Origin: an uncultured bacterium
GTDB lineage: Bacteria > Fidelibacterota > Marinisomatia > SCGC-AAA003-L08 > D37C17
Assembly: GCA_964551815.1 (NCBI GenBank)
Contig: CAZKEL010000015.1
Location: 12,097-44,096, forward strand
DNA: 32,000 bases
Direction of reading: 5' to 3'
Shown here: positions 8,841 through 17,403 of the stretch, piece after piece
Layout: every line of letters starts with the position of its first letter
How positions within the stretch are numbered: position 1 is the stretch's first letter
Position numbers and translations under genes: made by a program
Notes under the pieces: model-generated
The model's input: the letters and a program-made list of their open reading frames with translations, nothing else
Told to the model about the DNA's origin: nothing
The model's database searches: none

Positions 8841-10411
8841 AACCATCCATTGAAACGGAAATCCTCATTATCGGCAGTGGTTTGGCAGGAGCTGTTGCAG
8901 CAATCAGTGCAGCGGATGAAGGGAAACAGGTACTCATTATTACCAAATCTCAAAAGTTAAAATCAGGGAACACTCCCAAAGCGCAAGGGGGTATTGTTTA
9001 TACCAGTTCTGAAGACTCACCACAGAAGCTGAAAGAGGATATCATCAAAGCAGGTGATAACCATTTTTGGGAAAAAGCAGTTGATCATATCTGTAACTTA
9101 GGACCAACACTGGTTAAGGATTATTTGATAAACCGGTTTAAGGTGAATTTTGATCAAAACTCCGCTGAAACTTCCTCCGCTGAATTATCTCTTACCAGAG
9201 AGGCGGCCCATTCAGAGCCACGAATTATTTATAGTAAAGATAAAACAGGTGATTCTATTCAATCAGCTATTTTAAGGGCGATAGAGGAGCATCCCAACAT
9301 TACCGCTCTAACAGACCATACGGCCATAGACTTGCTTACGCTTTCTCACCATTCTAAAATTTCTGCTGACATTTATGAAAAACCAGCCTGTTTTGGTGCT
9401 ATGGTTTTGGATAATCAAAAAGGGAATGTAATTGCTGTATATGCTCAACGAACCATTCTGGCAACGGGTGGATTAGGACAAATTTATCTCCATTCTACAA
9501 ATCCGGAAGAAGCCATTGGGGATGGCATTGCCATGGCATGGCGGGCAGGTGCCAGGTGTTTTAATTTGCAGTATATTCAATTTCACCCAACCACTTTATA
9601 TGGAAGCACCAATCGTTTTTTGATTTCTGAAGCAGTGCGGGGTGAAGGAGGGAAATTAATTGACAGCAATGGAAATGAATTTATGCAGTCCATTCATGAA
9701 AAGGGCAGCTTAGCACCACGTGACATAGTTGCAAGAGGTATTCACCAAACTATGCTGGATTCAGGTCAGCCTTGTATGTATCTGGATATTTCTTTTAAAA
9801 ATCGCAACTGGATTGAGAACCGATTCCCCTCCATCTATAAAAATTGTTTGCAGGCAGGCGTGGATATGGCGGCAGAACCTGTTCCTGTGGTTCCTGCTGC
9901 ACACTATAGTTGTGGAGGTGTGGGAGTAAATTTAGCCGGGCACACCTCCTTAAAACGCTTATATGCAGTGGGTGAAGTTGCCTGCACCGGGGTTCATGGT
10001 GCGAATCGTTTAGCCAGCACCTCCCTGCTGGAAGCCTTGGTCTGGGGTCATGAAGCAGGGAAAGATGCTGCACATTTTCATCAGGGTGACGATTACTTCC
10101 CTCAAATTGAAAACTGGGTGGAAGAAACGGAAGAAATTGACCCCGCTCTTATTGCTCAGGATTGGCTCACTATAAAAAATACCATGTGGAATTATGCAGG
10201 GCTTATCAGAACCCGACAGAGATTGCACCGTGCACGTACCATCTTGAGAAATTTACAGACGGAAATTGAAGATTTTTATCAAAAAGCTAAACTGTCCCCC
10301 AGTATGGTGGGGCTTCGAAACGGCATTCAAACTGCAAATGCAATTATTGCTGCTACCTTAGAAGCAAGGGAAAGTCGTGGCACTCACTATCTATTAGAAG
10401 AGGGAGAATAA
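8837..10411 (+). CDS. nadB: L-aspartate oxidase
   Basis: An N-terminal FAD fold (ILIIGSGLAGAVAA) is present, with QFHPT, AAHYSCGGV and GANRLASTSLLE blocks and a C-terminal ESRGTHY. Confidence 0.93.
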   Translation: MKPSIETEILIIGSGLAGAVAAISAADEGKQVLIITKSQKLKSGNTPKAQGGIVYTSSEDSPQKLKEDIIKAGDNHFWEKAVDHICNLGPTLVKDYLINRFKVNFDQNSAETSSAELSLTREAAHSEPRIIYSKDKTGDSIQSAILRAIEEHPNITALTDHTAIDLLTLSHHSKISADIYEKPACFGAMVLDNQKGNVIAVYAQRTILATGGLGQIYLHSTNPEEAIGDGIAMAWRAGARCFNLQYIQFHPTTLYGSTNRFLISEAVRGEGGKLIDSNGNEFMQSIHEKGSLAPRDIVARGIHQTMLDSGQPCMYLDISFKNRNWIENRFPSIYKNCLQAGVDMAAEPVPVVPAAHYSCGGVGVNLAGHTSLKRLYAVGEVACTGVHGANRLASTSLLEALVWGHEAGKDAAHFHQGDDYFPQIENWVEETEEIDPALIAQDWLTIKNTMWNYAGLIRTRQRLHRARTILRNLQTEIEDFYQKAKLSPSMVGLRNGIQTANAIIAATLEARESRGTHYLLEEGE

Positions 10412-11238
10412 GTAAAATTATCGATTAGCCTGGTTTTTCCTGAAAATACTGCTACTGAGACAAGAACCTCGCCGGAAATAGTCTCGGTTACCTCTGCAAG
10501 ACTATCTGCAGCTGCAACAGATACATAATCAATTTTCAATAATGGTTGTGTTGAAATATGTTTAGATATAGTATCCCGGATAATTTGGGGATCGTCTATT
10601 CCTGAAAGGAGCAGGTTCTTTCCTTCCTGCAAGGCAGGATAAATTTGAGCAGCAGCCTCTTTTTCTTCCTCTGACAGGTACGCATTCCGTGAACTCATTG
10701 CCAAGCCATTAGTCTCCCTAATGAGTGTGCAGGGAATAATTTCAATGGGAAAGTTTAAATCTGCCACCATCTTTTTTATTACTACCAACTGCTGTGCATC
10801 TTTCTCGCCAAAAAAAGCATGGGTAGGCTTGACAATATTAAACAGCTTTGCCACCACCGTTGTCACTCCCTGAAAAAAGGAAGGGCGGCTATTTCCTTCT
10901 AAAACTCCTGAAAGGTTTTCTTCAGTGATTTTAGTACTAAAATCACTTGGATACATTGTATCATCGTTTGGGAGAAAAACTGCATCAATACCAAAGGAAT
11001 CAAGTTTTTTTAAATCTGACTCTAAAGGTCTGGGATAGTTGGCTAAATCTTCGCCGGGAGCAAATTGTTGCGGATTTACGTAAATGCTGACAACAGTATG
11101 GCTGCAGGTTTCTCTGGATTTTTCAACAAGAGACAGGTGCCCATCATGAAGGGCTCCCATAGTTGGCACAAAGCCTACGGATTCAGTTATCCCTTTCCGC
11201 CATTCACGGAATTGAGAAATACTTACAATCGTTTTCAT
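10387..11238 (-). CDS. panC: Pantoate--beta-alanine ligase
   Basis: Motifs GFVPTMGALHDGHLSL, VVSIYVNPQQF, FGEKDAQQL, MSSRN and TRLIDN. The 3' end overlaps the convergent nadB 3' end by 25 nt. Confidence 0.93.
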   Translation of the reverse strand: MKTIVSISQFREWRKGITESVGFVPTMGALHDGHLSLVEKSRETCSHTVVSIYVNPQQFAPGEDLANYPRPLESDLKKLDSFGIDAVFLPNDDTMYPSDFSTKITEENLSGVLEGNSRPSFFQGVTTVVAKLFNIVKPTHAFFGEKDAQQLVVIKKMVADLNFPIEIIPCTLIRETNGLAMSSRNAYLSEEEKEAAAQIYPALQEGKNLLLSGIDDPQIIRDTISKHISTQPLLKIDYVSVAAADSLAEVTETISGEVLVSVAVFSGKTRLIDNFTYSPSSNR

Positions 11239-11241
11239 GTA

Positions 11242-12075
11242 TTAACTGTTGACTTTTATGGCTTTGTTTTTCCGCAGGATATAATGGGCTTCAGCGGGGA
11301 ATTGTTTCTTTTCTACTTCAAGTTTATAAGATTTCAAAGCATCCAGCATCTGGGAACTTAGATTTGTATATTGTTTGGAATGTTTTGGGGTGTGACCATT
11401 ATAGAGACCAATAATGTCATGCAATACCTGAATTTGCCCATCGCAATAGGGACCTGCACCAATGCCAATAGTAGGTATGTCAAGAAGGCTGGTAATTTCC
11501 TCAGCTAAGTCGGCAGGGATTCCTTCTAACACAACGGCAAAAGCACCGCAATCCTGAACGGCCAGGGCATCTTCTTTAATTTTCTCAGCTTCTAAATCAC
11601 TTTTCCCTTGGATGCGGTATCCTGAGCTGAGGTGAAAAGATTGAGGGAGCAGTCCAACATGACCCATCACCGGAATTCCTGCTTCAATAATTGCCTTTAT
11701 CTGGCTGGTGTAGGCAGTACCACCTTCCAATTTTATAGCTTCTGCACCAGACTCTTTTACGAATCTTCCGGCATTTCTCACCGCATCTTCAACAGAGGCT
11801 TGATAAGACATAAAGGGCATATCTGCCACCACCAAAGCATTTGTGGCTCCCCTTCTGACTGCCCTGGTAAGAAAAATTAATTCATCCATGGAGATGGGAA
11901 TAGTTGTATCCAGTCCATAAATAACCATGGCAGCACTGTCACCCACTAATAAAAGCGGAATGCCTGCGGAATCTGCATTTTGGGCAGAAACATAATCATA
12001 GGCAGTCACCGTTGCAAAAGGTGTGGCTTCCCTTTTAAACCTACGGATATCTCTGATGGTAATTTTGGAATTCAT
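11242..12075 (-). CDS. panB: 3-methyl-2-oxobutanoate hydroxymethyltransferase
   Basis: Motifs TAYDY, LLVGDS, VVADMPF, AIKLEGG, PVMGHVGLLPQ and IGIGAGPYCDGQIQV. Confidence 0.93.
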   Translation of the reverse strand: MNSKITIRDIRRFKREATPFATVTAYDYVSAQNADSAGIPLLLVGDSAAMVIYGLDTTIPISMDELIFLTRAVRRGATNALVVADMPFMSYQASVEDAVRNAGRFVKESGAEAIKLEGGTAYTSQIKAIIEAGIPVMGHVGLLPQSFHLSSGYRIQGKSDLEAEKIKEDALAVQDCGAFAVVLEGIPADLAEEITSLLDIPTIGIGAGPYCDGQIQVLHDIIGLYNGHTPKHSKQYTNLSSQMLDALKSYKLEVEKKQFPAEAHYILRKNKAIKVNS

Positions 12076-12078
12076 TTT

Positions 12079-12456
12079 TTAAGCAAATACTGCTTCTTCA
12101 TTACAGGTGGAGGTAATTTCGTTATCTGAATTTACATGCACAATTTGTGGTTGGTGATAGGCTACTTCCTCCTCGGTCAACTGGCAATATCCTACAATAA
12201 TCACCAAATCTCCCTTGTGAACCAGATGAGCTGCAGCTCCGTTTATACACACTTCTCCAGAGCCTCTCCCGCCTTTAATGACATAGGTTTCTATTCGGCT
12301 GCCATTGGTAATATCCAACACCTGAACTTTTTCAAATTCCCGAAAACCGGCAGCATCCATTAAATCTTCATCTAAAGTTATGGAACCCACATAATGCAGA
12401 TCGGCTTCTGTTACCGTTGCCCGGTGTATTTTTCCTTTTAACATTTCAATGATCAA
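12079..12456 (-). CDS. panD: Aspartate 1-decarboxylase proenzyme
   Basis: [25 protein letters not shown] contains the Gly-Ser self-cleavage site. NGAAAH is also present. The N-terminus aligns with the classical MIRTMLQGKLH start. Confidence 0.9.
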   Translation of the reverse strand: MIIEMLKGKIHRATVTEADLHYVGSITLDEDLMDAAGFREFEKVQVLDITNGSRIETYVIKGGRGSGEVCINGAAAHLVHKGDLVIIVGYCQLTEEEVAYHQPQIVHVNSDNEITSTCNEEAVFA

Positions 12457-12603
12457 TTTTCATCTCCCAAATTAAGGGCAAAATTTACAATTATTAACGG
12501 AAGTTCACCAAAAAATGAATGACACAATAAACTGTGAAAATAATGCGATTCAAGCATAAAATGCTTTTGCTGATAAACACATTATACGGTATATTTTTAC
12601 TCC

Positions 12604-12633
12604 AAGTAATCAATATGTTGTATTGATTTACTT
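12604..12633. promoter_or_regulatory. Near-perfect inverted repeat upstream of the seven-gene stator-rotor operon
   Basis: AAGTAATCAATA (12604-12615), a 5-nt spacer, then TATTGATTTACTT (12621-12633). The arms are complementary apart from one extra T. It lies about 60 nt upstream of the ATG at 12696 and is followed by an A11 tract at 12656-12666. Confidence 0.25.
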
Positions 12634-12695
12634 ATTGAAGTCGCAGGGAATCCTCAAAAAAAAAAATCCAAAAATTTCTTAAATCACTTATACTT

Positions 12696-13568
12696 ATGCA
12701 ATTTTCACGAAATGTGTTCACCATTCTGCTAACTGCTATTTTTCTGATTTCATGCGGAGGAAAGAAAAGCGAAGTGGAAGCTACCCCCGATACCACAGAA
12801 GAAACCATTACCATGGGTAACCACAATACTTATCCCGTTGAACAGACTGCAGTAGAAAGAAATGTGCAGGAAATTATTGAGGGGCTGAATATGGATATTA
12901 AAAAGCTCCGCGCAGAATTGGACTATCAACATGAAAATTTGAGTAAACTGGAAGCCCAATCCCAGATATGGGCAAATCCATTCGCCATTTACAACAAAGA
13001 AATTGTGTTAGATAATGGTAGTTCAATCTTTGGGAAAATTGTTTACCAAGATCAGGATGTAATGAAAGTAGAAACCCTCATCGGTCAGCTCATAATTGAC
13101 AGAAACACGATCATCAGGGTGGTAAATCAGGTAAGTGCTTATGGTAATTTTGAGAAAAACAATACAGATGCTGCTCTGTCAGCAGCCGATCCGGAAGACC
13201 CCTCTGGAATAAACCTGATTCAGAAACGCACAAAATCACTTTCTGCAAATCTGGTACTGGTAGGGGATATCTCCGAAGAAAAGGATGCTTCCGGTAATAC
13301 CATATTGACTGGTGAAGTAAAAAATGTGGGAAACAAACGGGCAGATTTTGCCAAAATTATATTCACTTTCCGTTTAAATTGGCAGGGTGACACAAAAACT
13401 CTCACTGCATTTATAAACGGAGTAACCAATACTTTCGATACGGGAATATCATCTGATAACAGCATTCTCCCTCATGCGGTAGGAAATTTTGAGTTGATGA
13501 TTCCCCGATCTTTTGGCACCTTTATCGGCTATAGTTATGACATTGACTGGAGTCAATATGAGGGCTGA
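12696..13568 (+). CDS. Predicted lipoprotein with a coiled-coil segment and a beta-rich C-terminal domain (function unknown)
   Basis: Signal peptide plus lipobox (TAIFLISC|GG). A heptad-like segment NMDIKKLRAELDYQHENLSKLEAQ is present. It is the first gene of a tightly spaced co-directional array. Confidence 0.6.
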   Translation: MQFSRNVFTILLTAIFLISCGGKKSEVEATPDTTEETITMGNHNTYPVEQTAVERNVQEIIEGLNMDIKKLRAELDYQHENLSKLEAQSQIWANPFAIYNKEIVLDNGSSIFGKIVYQDQDVMKVETLIGQLIIDRNTIIRVVNQVSAYGNFEKNNTDAALSAADPEDPSGINLIQKRTKSLSANLVLVGDISEEKDASGNTILTGEVKNVGNKRADFAKIIFTFRLNWQGDTKTLTAFINGVTNTFDTGISSDNSILPHAVGNFELMIPRSFGTFIGYSYDIDWSQYEG

Positions 13569-14187
13569 TGGCAGCTTCAGGCTGGCTTTAATTATCTGCC
13601 TTTTCGGAATGATCTATGCTGAAAAGATAACCTTGTGGGATTTTGGTGTCATCATAAAAGAGGAACAGTCTCAAATACCAGCCACCAATGTGAATGCCCA
13701 GGCAGCGCCGGAGATAAAGGCACTCATCTCAGACCCTTTTATAGCACCGAAAAAATCGTCTGAGGTTCAGTTTCATCAGCCAGTTGAAAAAGTATCCCCA
13801 ATTAGAAGGGTAACCGGTGAAAACTTTCGGGAGGTGGAAAAATTTATTCAAAGGCATACACTTCAAAAAAATTTTAATCATATTATTCAATCTCTTGAAG
13901 ATAGTGATTTGACGGAATTAACGCTTTCAAACCGTGCAGAAATTCAATTTTGGCTGGCAACTTCATTTATTGAGACAGGACAATTTCAAAAAGCTTTACC
14001 CTATGCACTTTGGGCAGGCTCAAACAGAGGGTCTGACAGAGATTTATTCCTTACGGCTAAAATTTATGAAAAAACCGGCGAAACAGCAAAAGCACTGTAC
14101 CAATACCAGCAGCTCATGTCTCTCTACCCTGACAGCGACTACTACCATTCAGCAAAAATTAAATCCAGAATAATCGCCCGCAGCTAA
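13558..14187 (+). CDS. Secreted TPR-like protein (YbgF/BamD-style C-terminal repeats)
   Basis: I prefer the ATG at 13558 (GGAG 5 nt upstream) over 13513. It has a hydrophobic signal-like N-terminus (FRLALIICLFGMIYA) and a C-terminal TPR-like sequence (QFQKALPYALWA...AKALYQYQQLMSLYPDSDYYHSAKIK). It overlaps the previous gene by 11 nt. Confidence 0.5.
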   Translation: MRADGSFRLALIICLFGMIYAEKITLWDFGVIIKEEQSQIPATNVNAQAAPEIKALISDPFIAPKKSSEVQFHQPVEKVSPIRRVTGENFREVEKFIQRHTLQKNFNHIIQSLEDSDLTELTLSNRAEIQFWLATSFIETGQFQKALPYALWAGSNRGSDRDLFLTAKIYEKTGETAKALYQYQQLMSLYPDSDYYHSAKIKSRIIARS

Positions 14188-14190
14188 AAA

Positions 14191-15531
14191 ATGACCAAAC
14201 CCGGAATTTTATTTCTACTTGTCTTGGTTATTGGATGGGAGCAGGCTGAGGCAAATTCCAGAATTTCTTACTCCCGCCCGGGAAATATGATACGTATTCC
14301 CAGCGTTGATCCTTCCATGAATAATAAATTGTTGGAGATCAATGTGTCATCTGAATACCTGTCATCCTCACAAAACAATTCAGGCTTTGCGGTGAATGCC
14401 ATGTCTCCTAATGGGTATTTATATGGTATTTCTATGGTAAACCCCGTCAATCCTGTCAATTCGGTTGAACTGGGTCTTCATGTGCAGCGCACCCTGTTAG
14501 AGTATGGGAATGTGAATCTGGATGTGGGTATCCATGATTTACTCTTTCGTTCGGGCAGCGACTCCACCGACGGGTTGGATACAAGAGGTATTTCCCTATT
14601 TGGAGTGCTCTCCAGCCAGAAGAGGTTTTCAGATTTTGCCATTGCCACCCATTTAGGTTTTGGATCGGGTAAAATTAATGAAGACTCCCATTTATTTGAG
14701 ACAAATCCAAGTCAAAATCTGGGGGTCTTTCTTGGGTTTAAGTTTACGACTCCCATTTTGAAAAAAAACGGTGGGTTAAGTTTTTTAACAGAATTTGACG
14801 GTACTGGCTTAAATCTTGGTCTTAACATTCCCATTTTTAATTCCTATCATATTAATTTTGGTATTACTCATTTTGAAAATTTTGGTAATTTTGCCACTGA
14901 AGACCGAGCCGGAACAGAATGGGAAGCCTTAAAAGGAAACGCTCCTTCTGTTACCTTTGGGGTGAGCATGAACATACCCCGGGCGGTATCTGCAGAAGAT
15001 GAAACCGAAGAGGAAACACGCGTAGGAGACGGCATTTATGCTGTTACGGACTCGTCAATTTTATACTATGAACCCATCTGTGTTGAAGTGGTTGAAACAT
15101 TGAGAGACTCCATCAGGGTCAATCAAAATACTATTGAAAATTTAAAGGCGCATAACAATATGCTTCTCCATTCTGAAGCCATACTGGTAGATTCTACACA
15201 AAAAAGTTTGTTTCGTGAACAGACCAGTCAATTGAATCAGAATAAGGCAATGCGTCATTTATCCAGATCACTGCGGTTTTTCTATTCTGAGCAGTACAGA
15301 GATGCCCTCTCTGAAGTGAATCTGGCAATAGAACTGAATCCCCAATTAGCTATTGCTTACGGGCGCAGGGGATCAATTTATTATAAATTGGGAGATGACC
15401 GCAGGGCTACCTTAAACTGGAATGTAGCTTTGCAGTTAGATCCGGAATTTACAGAAATTTACGATATGCTGAAGGCAGCAGAAGAGAACCGTCTTCAGCC
15501 TGTTGAAATAGGTAAGAAAACAGGAGATTAA
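14191..15531 (+). CDS. Secreted protein: N-terminal Gly/aromatic beta-rich domain (possible outer-membrane barrel) + coiled coil + C-terminal TPR
   Basis: Signal peptide MTKPGILFLLVLVIGWEQAEA. About 270 aa show alternating beta-like segments (GLHVQRTL, ISLFGVLS, LGVFLGFKF, HINFGITHF, SVTFGVSMNI). Canonical TPRs follow (AIELNPQLAIAYGRRGSIYYKLGDDRRATLNWNVALQLDPEF). Confidence 0.55.
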   Translation: MTKPGILFLLVLVIGWEQAEANSRISYSRPGNMIRIPSVDPSMNNKLLEINVSSEYLSSSQNNSGFAVNAMSPNGYLYGISMVNPVNPVNSVELGLHVQRTLLEYGNVNLDVGIHDLLFRSGSDSTDGLDTRGISLFGVLSSQKRFSDFAIATHLGFGSGKINEDSHLFETNPSQNLGVFLGFKFTTPILKKNGGLSFLTEFDGTGLNLGLNIPIFNSYHINFGITHFENFGNFATEDRAGTEWEALKGNAPSVTFGVSMNIPRAVSAEDETEEETRVGDGIYAVTDSSILYYEPICVEVVETLRDSIRVNQNTIENLKAHNNMLLHSEAILVDSTQKSLFREQTSQLNQNKAMRHLSRSLRFFYSEQYRDALSEVNLAIELNPQLAIAYGRRGSIYYKLGDDRRATLNWNVALQLDPEFTEIYDMLKAAEENRLQPVEIGKKTGD

Positions 15532-15534
15532 TGT

Positions 15535-16347
15535 ATGAATCTGGGTACCGTAATAGGATTAGTATTAGGTCTTGTGCTTATGGGAGTTGCGTCTGTTTTA
15601 GCATCAATGGGTGCCAATGTCCCTATGAGTGCGTTAGTAGATCCCGTCAGTTTTTTAATTGTGGTAGGGGGATCCATCGCTGCAACTGCCATCGCTTTTC
15701 CTTTAGAGGATGTGCTGGCGGCCTTCGGCGGGTTTGGAAAAGTATTCGGAACTCAAGGCTTTACCTTTAAAGATGTAGTTATGGATTATGTGAATTTAGC
15801 AGAACAGGCAAGAAAAGGTGAACTGGCAAAAGCTATTGAGGAAACTCCTGAACATATGCCCTTTCGATTAGGCTCTATTAAAGACGGGCTACAAATGATT
15901 GTGGATGGATATTCGCGGGATGACATTCGTGAAATTATGGAAAATAAAGAGGAATACCGATCTGTAAGGGAAATAAAAAAAGCAAACGCTATGGCAAAAA
16001 TGGGTGAATATGCCCCGGCTTTTGGAATGATCGGAACGCTTATCGGGCTGGTGTTCATGCTGGGATCCATGGCAAACCCCCCGGAACCTGGAGTTGACCC
16101 TGCTGCGAAACTGGGTGGTTCCATGGCGGTGGCTCTTATAACAACACTCTATGGTGCTTTCTTTGCCTTTTTCTTCTTTGGTCCTTTTTCAGATCAGCTT
16201 AAATACGAAAACGAAGATAAAAAAATTGAGTCTGCCATTCATGTGGAAGGCATTCTCTTGCTCCATGCAAAAACGCACCCCATTATGGTGAGAGATAAAT
16301 TAAATGCCTTTTTAGCACGGAAAGACCGCTTGAAAGATGAAGGATAA
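15535..16347 (+). CDS. motA: MotA/PomA-like stator channel protein (MotA/TolQ/ExbB family)
   Basis: Four-TM topology with a cytoplasmic loop of about 100 aa between TM2 and TM3. TM3 motif YAPAFGMIGTLIGLVF and TM4 TTLYGAFFAFFFFGPF carry both conserved prolines. AGGAG lies upstream of the ATG. Confidence 0.85.
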   Translation: MNLGTVIGLVLGLVLMGVASVLASMGANVPMSALVDPVSFLIVVGGSIAATAIAFPLEDVLAAFGGFGKVFGTQGFTFKDVVMDYVNLAEQARKGELAKAIEETPEHMPFRLGSIKDGLQMIVDGYSRDDIREIMENKEEYRSVREIKKANAMAKMGEYAPAFGMIGTLIGLVFMLGSMANPPEPGVDPAAKLGGSMAVALITTLYGAFFAFFFFGPFSDQLKYENEDKKIESAIHVEGILLLHAKTHPIMVRDKLNAFLARKDRLKDEG

Positions 16348-16352
16348 GCTGA

Positions 16353-17336
16353 TTGGCTAAGCAAAAATGCCCAGATTGTCCTCCTGAAGGGCTTCCCGGA
16401 TATATGGGAACCATGGCAGACATGTTTACCCTCCTGTTTGCTTTCTTCGTTCTCATGTTCTCTCTGGCTACCATGGACCCTGCTAAATTGGATGCCCTTG
16501 GTGGTGATAAAGCAGGAGCTGCTGATGCCAAAGAAGCAAAAGAAGCCGTTGAAGAAATAAAGAAAGAAATGCAGGAACTAAAAGAAAACGGAATTACAGA
16601 AATTAACGGTAAACCCATAGAAGAATATGCCGACAGTCTTATAGAACAGAAAATGAAAGAGACAATTCCCCCTCCGAAATTAGCGGAAGTTCGGAAGGAT
16701 GTAGCAGAGATCATTGAAGATATGGAATTGGACACCACAGCAAATCTCTCCATGAGAGACCAAAGAGGAATAGCATTTGAGTTAAATGGAGATATCTGTT
16801 TTAAACAGCTTTCCGCAGATATGCAGCCGGAACTGATACACTTTTTAGATGCAGCCGCTGACAGCTTTTTGGTGAACCCCAATGATAAACGCCAGGTGAT
16901 TGTTGAAGGTCATACGGATAATTTACCTATACCCAAAAAATTTAAAACCCGTTATCCTACAAACTGGGAGCTTTCCACAGCCCGTGCATCTGCTGTAGTA
17001 AATTATTTGATTGACAGGGGAGTGGATGCCTCCCGTCTGGTTGCTCATGGCTATGCGGAGCGCTGGCCTGCAGATCTTACCTGGTCTGATATGCGGAAAG
17101 GCTATGTTGAAGAACAGAAGGGCTCAAAAAAAATTGATCCCAGAACTGGGCAGGCATCTTTTGAAGGGGATATTGGCAGGTCTGATGTAAAGAAAAAACG
17201 CATCCCTATTCCCACCATGATTGATTCTCTCAATTCTACGGTGGAGTTAAGAAGAAAGAACAGACGAATTAAAATTATTTTTACCTATAATAATTATGTT
17301 GATGGTTCAGACCCATGGGTGCCTCCAAAAAATTAG
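16353..17336 (+). CDS. motB: MotB-like stator protein with an OmpA-type peptidoglycan-binding domain
   Basis: TTG start with GAAGGA 7 nt upstream. The N-terminal CPDCPPEGLPGYMGTMADMFTLLFAFFVLMF carries the conserved channel Asp (D23). OmpA-like blocks are VIVEGHTDNLPI, YPTNWELSTARASAVVNYL and RRKNRRIKIIF. There is a coiled-coil linker, and an extra segment of about 55 aa inside the OmpA-like domain. Confidence 0.85.
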   Translation: MAKQKCPDCPPEGLPGYMGTMADMFTLLFAFFVLMFSLATMDPAKLDALGGDKAGAADAKEAKEAVEEIKKEMQELKENGITEINGKPIEEYADSLIEQKMKETIPPPKLAEVRKDVAEIIEDMELDTTANLSMRDQRGIAFELNGDICFKQLSADMQPELIHFLDAAADSFLVNPNDKRQVIVEGHTDNLPIPKKFKTRYPTNWELSTARASAVVNYLIDRGVDASRLVAHGYAERWPADLTWSDMRKGYVEEQKGSKKIDPRTGQASFEGDIGRSDVKKKRIPIPTMIDSLNSTVELRRKNRRIKIIFTYNNYVDGSDPWVPPKN

Positions 17337-17403
17337 GAGCATTTCATTTTTAAGATGAGGATGAATCCATTAAATTTACAATGCCGTAAACAGGAGCAAA
17401 ATC

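Noticed and set aside
9729-10228. Internal ORFs within nadB (66 aa on +, 92 and 72 aa on -), and comparable nested ORFs in uvrA, sdhA and other long genes
   Set aside because: They are nested in strongly supported conserved genes and have atypical composition (Trp/Cys/Arg/Pro-rich). I treat them as spurious.
15531-15770. A 79-aa Cys/Arg-rich ORF
   Set aside because: It lies wholly inside the well-supported motA-like gene in another frame. Its composition is typical of an off-frame artefact.
16283-16882. A 199-aa minus-strand ORF (with similar antisense ORFs at 15786-16124, 17907-18362 and 18408-18734)
   Set aside because: They are antisense to the motA-like, motB-like and FliF-like genes. 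They are Ser/low-complexity rich with no motifs, consistent with shadow ORFs of Glu/Lys/Ala-rich coding sequence.
15535-17336. The MotA/MotB-like pair as a Zorya-type (ZorAB) anti-phage system
   Set aside because: The MotA-like protein is only 270 aa and lacks the long C-terminal tail of ZorA. No ZorC/D/E-like nuclease or helicase genes follow. The adjacent genes are instead FliF-like and FliG-like.
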